DNA from: Bacilli bacterium
GTDB lineage: Bacteria; Bacillota_I; Bacilli_A; RF39; UBA660
Reading direction: 5' to 3'
Length of the DNA: 44,733 nucleotides
Assembly: GCA_046704245.1 (NCBI GenBank)
Contig: JBJKSD010000006.1
Coordinates: forward strand, 1 to 44,733
Every line of letters begins with the position of its first letter. Position 1 is the first letter of the stretch. The position numbers and the translations under genes were made by a program. Below, piece after piece: positions 9,853-19,204 of this stretch. Under the pieces are notes generated by a model. It saw only the letters and a program-made list of their open reading frames with translations, did not search any database and was not told the DNA's origin.

Positions 9853-10878
9853 ATGGAAAATGTAGAGAAAAAATATGGTAATATCAAAGTAAGAGTTGAT
9901 TATCGAACCGAATTACTTGGTATTATTCAACTCATTAGTAACTATAAAAATAGATATTCACATTTAATAGAAGAAAAAAATAATAATGAATATAGAGATA
10001 ATATTTTTAATAAATTTCTCCAGTATGCAGACCATAAAATAATTACTTTATTTAACTCCTTTATAGAAGGATATAATTTTTCATATGATGCGCCAATAGA
10101 TTTATTTTTACAATTAGATGAACATTTTACATGTACAAAATTAAATGATTATATATTACTGGGAAGACTTGATAATGATAAGAGAATATTTGAATTTATT
10201 AATGAATTAGATGATTTTGCTAAAGAGATTAACTTTAAAGAGTTTTATAATAGCAATAAAGACTTTTATTTAAAATGTATTGATAGTCTAAATTTATTTT
10301 TTAAAAAGAATGATATAAACAAAATGATTGATGAATATTTAGGTAATATAAATGAAATAGTTATTAATCTTTTACCGTATGCTACTCATAGTAATTATGG
10401 TATAGTTTATAAAAATGAAGTATATATTTGTGTGGGTTTAAATAGAAAAGATCAATTTGGATTTATATCTAATGGTACTGATTGTTATTTTGCTGAATTA
10501 CTATTTCATGAATATTGCCATAGTGTTATTAATCCATTAACGGCTAAACAAGAAATATTTACTAATAAAAGCAATATTTTTAATGATGTATTAGATGTTA
10601 TGAAGAAACAAGCATATGGTGAAGTATTAATTATTTTAAATGAAACCATTATTAGAGGATTAGGTATAAGATTTTTTGAATTATATTATTCGAAGAAAGT
10701 AGCTAAAGAAGAATTAGCAAATAATATAAAAGCCGGTTTTAAACATATAAATATTGTTATAGAATTATTAAAAACATATGAAAACCATAGAGATACTTAT
10801 AAAAGAATTGAGGATTTCTATCCAGTATTAATTAATGGAATAAAGAATGAATATGAAAGAGTAATAAAAAATCAATAG
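9853..10878 (+). CDS. DUF4932-like putative zinc metallopeptidase
   Basis: VDYRTELLGII N-terminus, HEYCHSVINP (HExxH), downstream NETIIR. Confidence 0.75.
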   Translation: MENVEKKYGNIKVRVDYRTELLGIIQLISNYKNRYSHLIEEKNNNEYRDNIFNKFLQYADHKIITLFNSFIEGYNFSYDAPIDLFLQLDEHFTCTKLNDYILLGRLDNDKRIFEFINELDDFAKEINFKEFYNSNKDFYLKCIDSLNLFFKKNDINKMIDEYLGNINEIVINLLPYATHSNYGIVYKNEVYICVGLNRKDQFGFISNGTDCYFAELLFHEYCHSVINPLTAKQEIFTNKSNIFNDVLDVMKKQAYGEVLIILNETIIRGLGIRFFELYYSKKVAKEELANNIKAGFKHINIVIELLKTYENHRDTYKRIEDFYPVLINGIKNEYERVIKNQ

Positions 10879-10900
10879 TCCTATGCTATAATATTAATAG

Positions 10901-11803
10901 GTGGGTAATATGAGTAAATTAGATGAACTTAAAGAATATGTAAAAAAGATAACGGTTGATGAAAATATTTTTGGAATAATTTACTATTTTGATAGAGATG
11001 AAATAGATACCAAGTTATATTATTGGTATCAAAGTTTACAACCATTACCTTTAAAGCAATTATTTGCTTCAGCAAATAATTTTAATTCCGAAAATTTATC
11101 TAAATTAGATCTTTCTGAAGAAACTTTATACAATATATTATTCAGATTAGAAACTGCTAATGTATTACCATATATTATGGATACTCCAAACTCTATTTAT
11201 ATTCTTAATAAAATACATGATAATGATAATAAACGCTTAGAAAAGTTTACTGAAAAGCAAAAAGAACAATTACAACAATTATCTAAAGATTTTATAAGAA
11301 ATTTTGAATCATTAGAAATAAGAGAAATTATTAGATCAGCATGTATATGTACTTTACCATCACATTATTCAGGTCGGCCTACTACTATGGATGATATAAA
11401 TGCTAAACGTTTAATGACTATATATTATGGTATAAAAAATATGGGTAAAGAAAAAGCTAAAGCCTTTTTAAAAATGGTTTCTGATATGGAGAGTTTAGCG
11501 TGCACACCATTTTTAAATAGCCTATATAATTTATGTGATTATAATTTTGATTATAATCCATCTTTAATAGTAAAAAGTAGTATTGATTTAGATTCAAACA
11601 GTGATGATGCTCGCTTAATGACAGGAATGGCTACATTTATTTCGGCAACTAATTTAGAAACACCATTTATAACTGATCAAATCAAATGGGAGTTTAAACA
11701 ACAATTAAAAGCTTACGATGAAGAAGCATATATAGAACTATGTGAATATGAATTAACTAAAGAGAAAAATATAAGACAATACAAAAAAGAACTAATTAAT
11801 TAG
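10901..11803 (+). CDS. Hypothetical protein (start probably ATG 10910)
   Basis: 300-aa ORF, no family recognised. Confidence 0.7.
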   Translation: MGNMSKLDELKEYVKKITVDENIFGIIYYFDRDEIDTKLYYWYQSLQPLPLKQLFASANNFNSENLSKLDLSEETLYNILFRLETANVLPYIMDTPNSIYILNKIHDNDNKRLEKFTEKQKEQLQQLSKDFIRNFESLEIREIIRSACICTLPSHYSGRPTTMDDINAKRLMTIYYGIKNMGKEKAKAFLKMVSDMESLACTPFLNSLYNLCDYNFDYNPSLIVKSSIDLDSNSDDARLMTGMATFISATNLETPFITDQIKWEFKQQLKAYDEEAYIELCEYELTKEKNIRQYKKELIN

Positions 11804-11812
11804 TTCTTTTTT
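11783..11812. terminator. Bidirectional terminator (30-bp perfect palindrome overlapping a stop codon)
   Basis: AAAAAAGAACTAATT|AATTAGTTCTTTTTT. Confidence 0.75.
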
Positions 11813-11814
11813 TA

Positions 11815-13263
11815 TTATAAGGTATGAATCTTTACTTTATCTTTTTCTAATGATTTAGTATCAATTAAATCTAATTTTTTATCATTTGGTGTAGTAGCAA
11901 CTATATGATAGTCTAATATAGGAATATTAGCACTATCCTTAGTACCACTACCACCATATATATTAGCATATTTACTTAAATCTATTTGTTTATTTGTTCT
12001 TAATAAGGTAATATTCTTATCATAAAAATCAGGTACAACTATAAAATCTAATCCTTGTTTCTCTTGTTCAGGTATAATGCCTTGGAAACTATTATAATAA
12101 GTTTGACTTAAGATAATTCCAACATTATAGCCATCTATTTTAGATTTAATCATTTTATCGCCAATTGAAAGTTCATTTATTAAACAGATATCTTGATTAT
12201 TTTCAGTAGTAACGGTTACAGTTGCTGCTTTAATTGGTATACCTGCTGTTTGAAGTTTTCCACCGCCACCAAATTCTTTGGCAATTTTACCAACATCAGT
12301 ATCAGTATGTTCAGTTCTAAAAGAAATAGTTCCTCTTTCAAAATCCACTATAGTAACAAACTGAATATCATCAAAATGTTTTTCACTTAAATCTGATCCA
12401 ACTTCGCTTCGATGTTTTTCGCTTAGAACAACACCAGTTATATAATGATCTAGATTACGATAACCACCATTAGGAACATAAATTCTTGTTCTATGTAAAT
12501 GGGTATCAACTTTTTCAACAGTATCTTTTACATCTTTATTTATAGCATTAATATAAATTTGTTGTTCTGGATTAAATAATGTTAATTTTTCATCAGCCAT
12601 TTGAGCATTAATACTTTGATTACTTTTTTCTATTAAAGTTTTTCTAAAATAATCAATATATTCTTTAGCTCCTAGATGTATAGCTAGATAATTTAGATCT
12701 CTTGCTGCATAATTTCTTGGTTTTTTATTATGCCAATTCCAAGTGTCATAACTGCGAGTTAATTCAACAAAGTAATATGCATATTTTGAAGTTAATGTTC
12801 GTAGTTGTTCATCAGAATATAATTGAGTAATATTTTTTAAATTACCACCTTGTAATTTTCTTTCATCACATACATGTTTATCACTCAATAAGTATTCATG
12901 GAAAAGTTTTGTTCCGCATTCTTCTATACCTTCTTGATTAACAGATTGTACAGTAGACCATCCATATTTAGCTGAATAATTATCACTAGTATGATGATCA
13001 AAATGAACTATAATGCCATTAGGATTGCTATATTCATCTATTTTATCAGCCAAACCATCACGTAATGGTAAATCGACAATAAAAACTCTCGTATAAGCTT
13101 TTAAATCACCATTAATAGTTAATCTTTCAATTACCTTATCTAGTTCACCAATTTCAGCTAAAATAATTTCGATGTTTGGATCAAATATTTTAGCTATAAC
13201 AGCGCCTCCCCAACCATCAATATCGGGTTTATGAGTAATTATTAAATTTTTACCTTGTATCAT
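11815..13263 (-). CDS. DHH-family phosphoesterase (NrnB/YngD-like) with tandem-duplicated DHHA1-like domain
   Basis: THKPDIDG, VDL, FDHH, ECGTKL, SYDTW, ISFRT...FGGGG motifs. Confidence 0.85.
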   Translation of the reverse strand: MIQGKNLIITHKPDIDGWGGAVIAKIFDPNIEIILAEIGELDKVIERLTINGDLKAYTRVFIVDLPLRDGLADKIDEYSNPNGIIVHFDHHTSDNYSAKYGWSTVQSVNQEGIEECGTKLFHEYLLSDKHVCDERKLQGGNLKNITQLYSDEQLRTLTSKYAYYFVELTRSYDTWNWHNKKPRNYAARDLNYLAIHLGAKEYIDYFRKTLIEKSNQSINAQMADEKLTLFNPEQQIYINAINKDVKDTVEKVDTHLHRTRIYVPNGGYRNLDHYITGVVLSEKHRSEVGSDLSEKHFDDIQFVTIVDFERGTISFRTEHTDTDVGKIAKEFGGGGKLQTAGIPIKAATVTVTTENNQDICLINELSIGDKMIKSKIDGYNVGIILSQTYYNSFQGIIPEQEKQGLDFIVVPDFYDKNITLLRTNKQIDLSKYANIYGGSGTKDSANIPILDYHIVATTPNDKKLDLIDTKSLEKDKVKIHTL

Positions 13264-13435
13264 ATTTACCTCCTAAACAATACAATTAGTTATTATAATA
13301 AAGTTAGGAGATAAAGTCAATTTTTAGCATAAAAAATGGAAAATAATACAAAAATGATTGCTTAATGTAAAATAATATGATAAATTATTATTAGGGTGAG
13401 GTATGAATGAGAAGTAGTAATGTAGTAAAGGTAAT

Positions 13436-13483
13436 AATAAGAGACTAAAAGCTAGCAGTATTGGCTATTAGTCTCTTATTTTT
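13436..13483 (+). promoter_or_regulatory. Terminator-like leader hairpin upstream of ORF 13518 (candidate attenuator)
   Basis: AATAAGAGACTAA...TTAGTCTCTTATT 13-bp stem, extendable, followed by a T-run. Confidence 0.6.
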
Positions 13484-13517
13484 ATAGAAGTATTTTTGTA
13501 GTAAGGAGTATAGTAGT

Positions 13518-15440
13518 ATGGGGAGAAAAAATGTTTATGACATCACAGCTATATTTAGCATCAAGGTATTAATGCAAATGAAACTTATCGAGACGTACAA
13601 GGAAGGAGCAAAAGTATATCACGAATTAACGGGGCAAGAAATATCACCATCCGTATTAAGTTCTAGAATTAAAAACTTTACTTTTACTTCATCGGTAAAA
13701 GTAAAAGGTTCCAGCACTGAAGAAAATCCAGAAGGTATAATAGAAACATTGTTAACTATTAATCCTACTGATGCATGGAATTATTTGAAGAGGTGTGATA
13801 GTGCTTTAAGAAGAGCCTTACCCGAACGTTTTAATAAAGAAGAAGAACAAGAAAGTGAATCATATGTTAATAAAGGTCCAAAAGAACAAATAATTAGAAC
13901 CTTTAATATAACCAAAGAGGCTTTAGTAAATGATTTCGGAGTTGATTTAGAAAAAGATGATGATTTAACAATAGTAAGAAAAGTAAGATCTAAGATGGCC
14001 GATGAACCATTTTTCCTTGAATATTTGGGATATGATCCAGCAGATTATGAAATTGCAACACATGACTGGGGTAGTTGGGAAGTAACAGTAAACAGAAAGT
14101 TGAAAGATGGCTCATCAGTAATTGATAAGATTACAAATTATAAATTCCATATTGTAATAAGAAAACGTAAGAAACCAGTATTTTATGTTTCACAAGAACA
14201 GATTAAAAAAATATTGGACGAGCATTTAGATAAAAAGAGTTTAACACCTTATGATTTATTTGATGATAATATTACTAATATTCCAGTGAGTGTATTTACT
14301 GGTGTTACACCACGTAATAAAGAAAGATTAATTGTAAGTCCAGGACTAGAACTTCACTTAGGTAAATTAGGTTCTGTATCTGATTTTGAAGATTATTCTA
14401 TAAAACAAGCAATGGCTCGTTTTAGACAAATAGCAAAGGAAATAGTCAAATATCAAAATACCCAAGAAGCTAGTAAAATATTAATGGCAGTAGGTAATGA
14501 TTTATTTAATTCTGATACAGCGGATGATAAAACTACGGCAGGAACTCCACAAGATAATGATACTAGATTTAAAGAAATATATTTATGGGGCCAAGTTGGT
14601 TTTATTAGAATGGTAGAAACTGTTAAAGAATTTTTTGATCAAGTTATACTTAAAGGTAATCCAGGTAACCATGATGAAACATTTAGTTTTGCATTGTTTA
14701 CTGCTTTATATAATATATATGATATGGTCAAAGATGATAAAGTTAAAGTTGATTTAACTTATGAAGATATGCGTTTTAGAACTTATGAAATGTTTGGTGA
14801 TAACTTAATTATTTTTGACCATGGTAAACATCCTAGAGGAAAACCCAAAAAAGAGAGCGATTTAGCAAAATCTGTTAGAGATATTTTTCCATATGAAGCT
14901 CAGCATGCAGCTCGAATATATTTAATAGTCGGACATAAACATAGAGACTTTTTAAATACTTATGATGGCATTACTATATTAAGACAAGCATCTCCATCAG
15001 GGGTTGACGCATATCATGCAGCTAATGGTTATATTGCTCCAAGACAAGGGCATTCATTTTATACTTTTGATGCTAAATTGGGTTTATATAATCATCAATT
15101 TATTACTCTTTCAGCGGAAGATAAATTAGAAAAAATACCAAGCATTAATAGAGATCCAAAAGTTAATGTAGTTCAAGAAATGGCCCGAGTATTTAATTTT
15201 TCACCTAAAGTAGTTAAGAAAGAACTAAAAGCTGATGAGCTTAAAAAATTAAAAGCAACTATTCAAGCCATAAATAATAACCGTGATATGACTATAGAGG
15301 GTATATTACAATGTGCTGGTGTTAACACAGGAAGTTTAACAAAAGACCAATTACAACAAATGAGAGGATTGTTTGTTGGTCACGAAGCACAAATAAACGC
15401 TCTAAATCATCAAAGTGAATTAAAAATGAAAATAAAATAA
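13518..15440 (+). CDS. Large calcineurin-like metallophosphoesterase, phage-type, with N- and C-terminal extensions
   Basis: ELHLGK / GNDLFNSD / GNHD / DHG / GHKH motif series; TAGTPQD and SPSGVDAYH...GY as in phage homologues. Confidence 0.75.
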   Translation: MGRKNVYDITAIFSIKVLMQMKLIETYKEGAKVYHELTGQEISPSVLSSRIKNFTFTSSVKVKGSSTEENPEGIIETLLTINPTDAWNYLKRCDSALRRALPERFNKEEEQESESYVNKGPKEQIIRTFNITKEALVNDFGVDLEKDDDLTIVRKVRSKMADEPFFLEYLGYDPADYEIATHDWGSWEVTVNRKLKDGSSVIDKITNYKFHIVIRKRKKPVFYVSQEQIKKILDEHLDKKSLTPYDLFDDNITNIPVSVFTGVTPRNKERLIVSPGLELHLGKLGSVSDFEDYSIKQAMARFRQIAKEIVKYQNTQEASKILMAVGNDLFNSDTADDKTTAGTPQDNDTRFKEIYLWGQVGFIRMVETVKEFFDQVILKGNPGNHDETFSFALFTALYNIYDMVKDDKVKVDLTYEDMRFRTYEMFGDNLIIFDHGKHPRGKPKKESDLAKSVRDIFPYEAQHAARIYLIVGHKHRDFLNTYDGITILRQASPSGVDAYHAANGYIAPRQGHSFYTFDAKLGLYNHQFITLSAEDKLEKIPSINRDPKVNVVQEMARVFNFSPKVVKKELKADELKKLKATIQAINNNRDMTIEGILQCAGVNTGSLTKDQLQQMRGLFVGHEAQINALNHQSELKMKIK

Positions 15441-15447
15441 TATTAAT

Positions 15448-15475
15448 AAAAGTGAATAATTAATTATTCACTTTT
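15448..15475. terminator. Bidirectional terminator (28-bp perfect palindrome)
   Basis: AAAAGTGAATAATT|AATTATTCACTTTT. Confidence 0.75.
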
Positions 15476-16091
15476 TTATTAACACTTTATTATTTTTAAT
15501 CGTTAATCTATTATTACAATATAATGATATAGCTTCAGGTAAAATAATCCATTCAGCTTCCCTCATAACTCTTTGTTGTAATATTTCTTTAGTATCATTA
15601 TCTAATACCGGCACAGCTTTTTGAAGAATAATTGGTCCACCATCAGGAATCTCATTAACAAAATGAACAGTAGCACCAGTTATTTTAACTCCTCGCTTTA
15701 AAACCGCTTCATGCACTCTAAGCCCATAATATCCTTTGCCACAAAATGATGGTATTAATGAGGGATGAATATTAATAATTTTATTTTGATATTCATTTAT
15801 TAAATTAGATCCAACAATTGATAAAAAACCAGCCATAACAATTAAATCAACTTCATAATCTTTCATATGACTCAAAAGAGCTATATTAAATTGTTTCTGA
15901 TCAATATAATCGTTTTTATTTATAACAGTACCAGGTATATTATTTTGTTTAGCTCTCTCTAAGGCATAAGCATCTTTATTATCTGATACTACCGTAACAA
16001 TATGACCATTTTTAATAGTACCATTATTAATAGCATCTATTATAGCTTGTAGATTAGTACCATTACCAGAAACTAATACACCAATATTCAT
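15468..16091 (-). CDS. purN: Phosphoribosylglycinamide formyltransferase
   Basis: SGNGTNLQA, INIHPSLIP, TGATVHFV...DGGPII motifs. Confidence 0.93.
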   Translation of the reverse strand: MNIGVLVSGNGTNLQAIIDAINNGTIKNGHIVTVVSDNKDAYALERAKQNNIPGTVINKNDYIDQKQFNIALLSHMKDYEVDLIVMAGFLSIVGSNLINEYQNKIINIHPSLIPSFCGKGYYGLRVHEAVLKRGVKITGATVHFVNEIPDGGPIILQKAVPVLDNDTKEILQQRVMREAEWIILPEAISLYCNNRLTIKNNKVLIKK

Positions 16092-16168
16092 CTTTATTCC
16101 TCCATAAATTAATATGATAAAGTGATTAATAAAGTTTGTCTATATGTTATAATTTTAATGGAGGGTAT

Positions 16169-17140
16169 ATGAAACCTAGACAAGCAATTTATGATTTGTA
16201 CTGGTACTTTGCATATGAACGGCAAAATATCTTTTTTAAAAAATTAAGAGGCGAAAGATTCCCTTGGACTAATGATAAAATATTACAAGCATATAAATTT
16301 TGTAATGCTTATCGTGCTAGTGATAGAGTATCTCAATATCTAATAAGGAATGTTATCTATACTAATAAGAAATATAGTAAAGAAGATATTATCTTTCGTA
16401 TTGTCTTGTTTAAATTATTTAATAAGATTGATACCTGGAAATTATTAGAACATGAATTAGGTGATATTAAATTATCGGCATTTAATTTAAATAAATATTC
16501 TAACATCTTAAGTAAAGCTAAAGATAGAGGTATTAAATTATATAATGATGCTTATATAGCGTGTGCTAATAAAGTATTTGGTTATGATAAAAAACATGAT
16601 AATCATCTAGCGTTAATAAAGAAGATGTTTATTATAGATAAGATTCAAGATAAGATATTAAAAGCTAAGGATATGGAAGAAGCTTTTAAGATAATTAAAA
16701 GTTATCCGCTTATTGGTAATTTTATGGCTTATCAATTAGTTACTGATATTAATTATAGTGATGTTGTTGATTTTGGCGAACAAAGTTTTACTGTAGTAGG
16801 CCCTGGATCATATCGAGGGATTAAGAAATGTTTTTATAATCTAGGTAATATGAATTGTGAAGATATTATTAGATGGATGTGTGAGCATCAAGATGAGGAA
16901 TTTAAAAGATTAGGTTTAAATTTTCAACGTTTAGGTAATAGACCATTACAATATATCGATTGTCAAAATATTTTTTGTGAATTAGATAAATATTTAAGAG
17001 AAGCTAAACCCAAGTTAAAGAGTAATAGGATTAAAATTAAGAAAAGATATAATGTGAATAAAGAAAAAATTAATTATTTTTATCCACCTAAGTGGGGAAT
17101 TAATAATTTTATTGATAACCAGAGTAAGATCAAGGTATAG
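16169..17140 (+). CDS. aGPT-Pplase clade 1 / 5-hmdU DNA kinase-associated helical domain protein (HhH DNA-glycosylase-like fold)
   Basis: YWYFAYERQNIF...PWTNDKIL..YKFCNAYRASDRVSQYLI, IGNFMAYQLVTDINYS, GPG..RG, IDCQNIFCELDKY. GGAGG SD supports ATG 16169. Confidence 0.8.
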   Translation: MKPRQAIYDLYWYFAYERQNIFFKKLRGERFPWTNDKILQAYKFCNAYRASDRVSQYLIRNVIYTNKKYSKEDIIFRIVLFKLFNKIDTWKLLEHELGDIKLSAFNLNKYSNILSKAKDRGIKLYNDAYIACANKVFGYDKKHDNHLALIKKMFIIDKIQDKILKAKDMEEAFKIIKSYPLIGNFMAYQLVTDINYSDVVDFGEQSFTVVGPGSYRGIKKCFYNLGNMNCEDIIRWMCEHQDEEFKRLGLNFQRLGNRPLQYIDCQNIFCELDKYLREAKPKLKSNRIKIKKRYNVNKEKINYFYPPKWGINNFIDNQSKIKV

Positions 17141-17247
17141 GTTATTTTATTAGTGTATAGTAGGTTTACATATGAAGGGTTAATCTCTTTCATATGAATA
17201 TAATTATGATATAATATATATGTTGATAATAGTGAGGTGTAGTAATT

Positions 17248-18312
17248 ATGTTATGGGGTATGAAAATTAGGAATATATTATTATTTTTATTAATACCAAT
17301 TATTATTGGGGGCCTTCTTTTTTATGGTTATAATAATTTAATTAAAGAAAATAAATCAGAAGTTTCTGATAAAGAGAAAAAAGAAGATAAAGATACTGAA
17401 GAACCAGAGGTAGTAGAACCCCCAAAATTAAAAATAATAGATGAGGATTCAAATACTAGACCTATTGGAATAATGGTTGATAATGAAAAAGATGCACGCC
17501 CTCATGGGGGGTTACAGGATGCTTATTTAGTATATGAAATAATTATTGAATGGGGTCAAACTAGATATTTTGCTCTATTTAAAGATAAACCAGATACTAT
17601 TGTAGGTCCTAATAGAAGTGCTAGACATTATTTCTTAGATTATGCTTTAGAAAATGATGCTATATTTACCCATTTTGGTTTTAGTCCACAAGCTATAAAA
17701 GATATAGATACTTTAAATATAGATAATCTTAGTGGTACTAGAGCTGATGGAGCAGCTTTCTGGCGTGTTCCACCACTTGGTACTTATCATAATGTCTTTA
17801 CCCAAATAAGTAAATTAATGAATAAAGCTAAAGATCATAAATATCGATTAACATCTGATAAACCACCATTAATAGCGTATTCTATTGAACCAGTTAATTT
17901 AAATACTTATGAAGATGCTAAAACAGCTAATTATATAAAGATAGTATATTCTAAATATCATAATGTAGAATATAAGTATAATACTGAAGATAAGGTATAC
18001 GAACGTTATATGCGCGGTACAGCCCATTATGATCGTTATACTAATAAACAATATACTGTTAAAAATATCATCGTCTATAGCCTTAAAAACTATGACTTGG
18101 GGCAGAATAAAGGCCGTCAACAATTAGATCGAATAGGTACAGGTAAAGGTTATTATATAACTGAAGGTTATGCTATTCCTATTACCTGGGAAAAGACAGC
18201 TAGAGCAGCTAGAACTACTTATAAGAATAGTAAAGGTGAAGAAATTAAATTAAATGATGGTAATACCTTTATACAAATACAACCTCTAAATCAAACCTTA
18301 ACAATAGAATAA
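17248..18312 (+). CDS. DUF3048 (YerB-like) membrane-anchored protein
   Basis: RPIGIMVDN...ARPHGGLQDAYLVYE...VGPNRSARHYF...GNTFIQI. Confidence 0.9.
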   Translation: MLWGMKIRNILLFLLIPIIIGGLLFYGYNNLIKENKSEVSDKEKKEDKDTEEPEVVEPPKLKIIDEDSNTRPIGIMVDNEKDARPHGGLQDAYLVYEIIIEWGQTRYFALFKDKPDTIVGPNRSARHYFLDYALENDAIFTHFGFSPQAIKDIDTLNIDNLSGTRADGAAFWRVPPLGTYHNVFTQISKLMNKAKDHKYRLTSDKPPLIAYSIEPVNLNTYEDAKTANYIKIVYSKYHNVEYKYNTEDKVYERYMRGTAHYDRYTNKQYTVKNIIVYSLKNYDLGQNKGRQQLDRIGTGKGYYITEGYAIPITWEKTARAARTTYKNSKGEEIKLNDGNTFIQIQPLNQTLTIE

Positions 18313-18324
18313 TGAGGTGAAAAT

Positions 18325-19170
18325 ATGGAATGGATCAAAGGATTAATAATAGGTACTATTATTGGAGGAGGAATGATCCTACCAGGTGTTAGTGGTGCTG
18401 TCTTATCAGTAGTATTAGGTGTTTATGAAAAGATTATAAATGCTATTTTAACTTTCTTTAAAGACTGGCGCCAGAATACTTTATTTTTATCACCTATAGC
18501 TATTGGTATTATCTTAGGTGCTATTCTATTTGGTAAAGTATTACTCTTTGTCTTTAATGATTATCCAATGGAAGCAGGATTTACTTTTATAGGATTAATA
18601 CTAGGTGGTATACCAATCTTATTTCTTAAGATAAAGAAACATGATAATAAAAAAGTTAACACCTTAATGTTTGCTATAGCATTTATCTTTTCATTAACCT
18701 TATTTGTCTTAGGTAAAAATACTATTAATTTAGATTTTTATCCATACTTAGATGACAAATATATAGGCCAGATACTATTATTTATTACTGGTTTAATCTA
18801 TATATCAGGTAAGATTATTCCAGGTATTAGTGGATCTTTTCTATTGATGTTAATAGGTATGTATAAATATTTATTAGGTATTATATCCCATCCTTTATCT
18901 TTAACTAAATATGAGATATTACAATTAGTACCAATGGGTTTTGGTGCTGTCATAGGAGCTATTATATTAGTTAACTTAATGGGTTATTTAATTAAACATC
19001 ATCATAACGCTACATATAGTGCTATAATAGGATTTGTTTTAGGGTCAATAGCTGCTATTTATCCAGGATTTTATTTTAATAACCAAGGATTTACTAGTAT
19101 TATTTTATTTATGATAGCGTTTATTATTTCTTATACTTTTTCCTTAGAAAATAAAGATAAAATCACATAA
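18325..19170 (+). CDS. DUF368 family membrane protein (putative undecaprenyl-phosphate translocase)
   Basis: Repeated PGVSG / PGISGS motifs, multiple TMs. Confidence 0.9.
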   Translation: MEWIKGLIIGTIIGGGMILPGVSGAVLSVVLGVYEKIINAILTFFKDWRQNTLFLSPIAIGIILGAILFGKVLLFVFNDYPMEAGFTFIGLILGGIPILFLKIKKHDNKKVNTLMFAIAFIFSLTLFVLGKNTINLDFYPYLDDKYIGQILLFITGLIYISGKIIPGISGSFLLMLIGMYKYLLGIISHPLSLTKYEILQLVPMGFGAVIGAIILVNLMGYLIKHHHNATYSAIIGFVLGSIAAIYPGFYFNNQGFTSIILFMIAFIISYTFSLENKDKIT

Positions 19171-19174
19171 TATA

Positions 19175-19204
19175 TTGACAAATAAGAGCAATTTTTAGTA
19201 TACT
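19175..19204 (+). promoter_or_regulatory. SigA promoter of tRNA cluster 2
   Basis: TTGACA-N18-TATACT. Confidence 0.65.

Noticed and set aside
17169-17197. CATATGAA...TTCATATG inverted repeat before DUF3048
   Set aside because: Weak stem without a T-run and no recognisable regulator; insufficient support.
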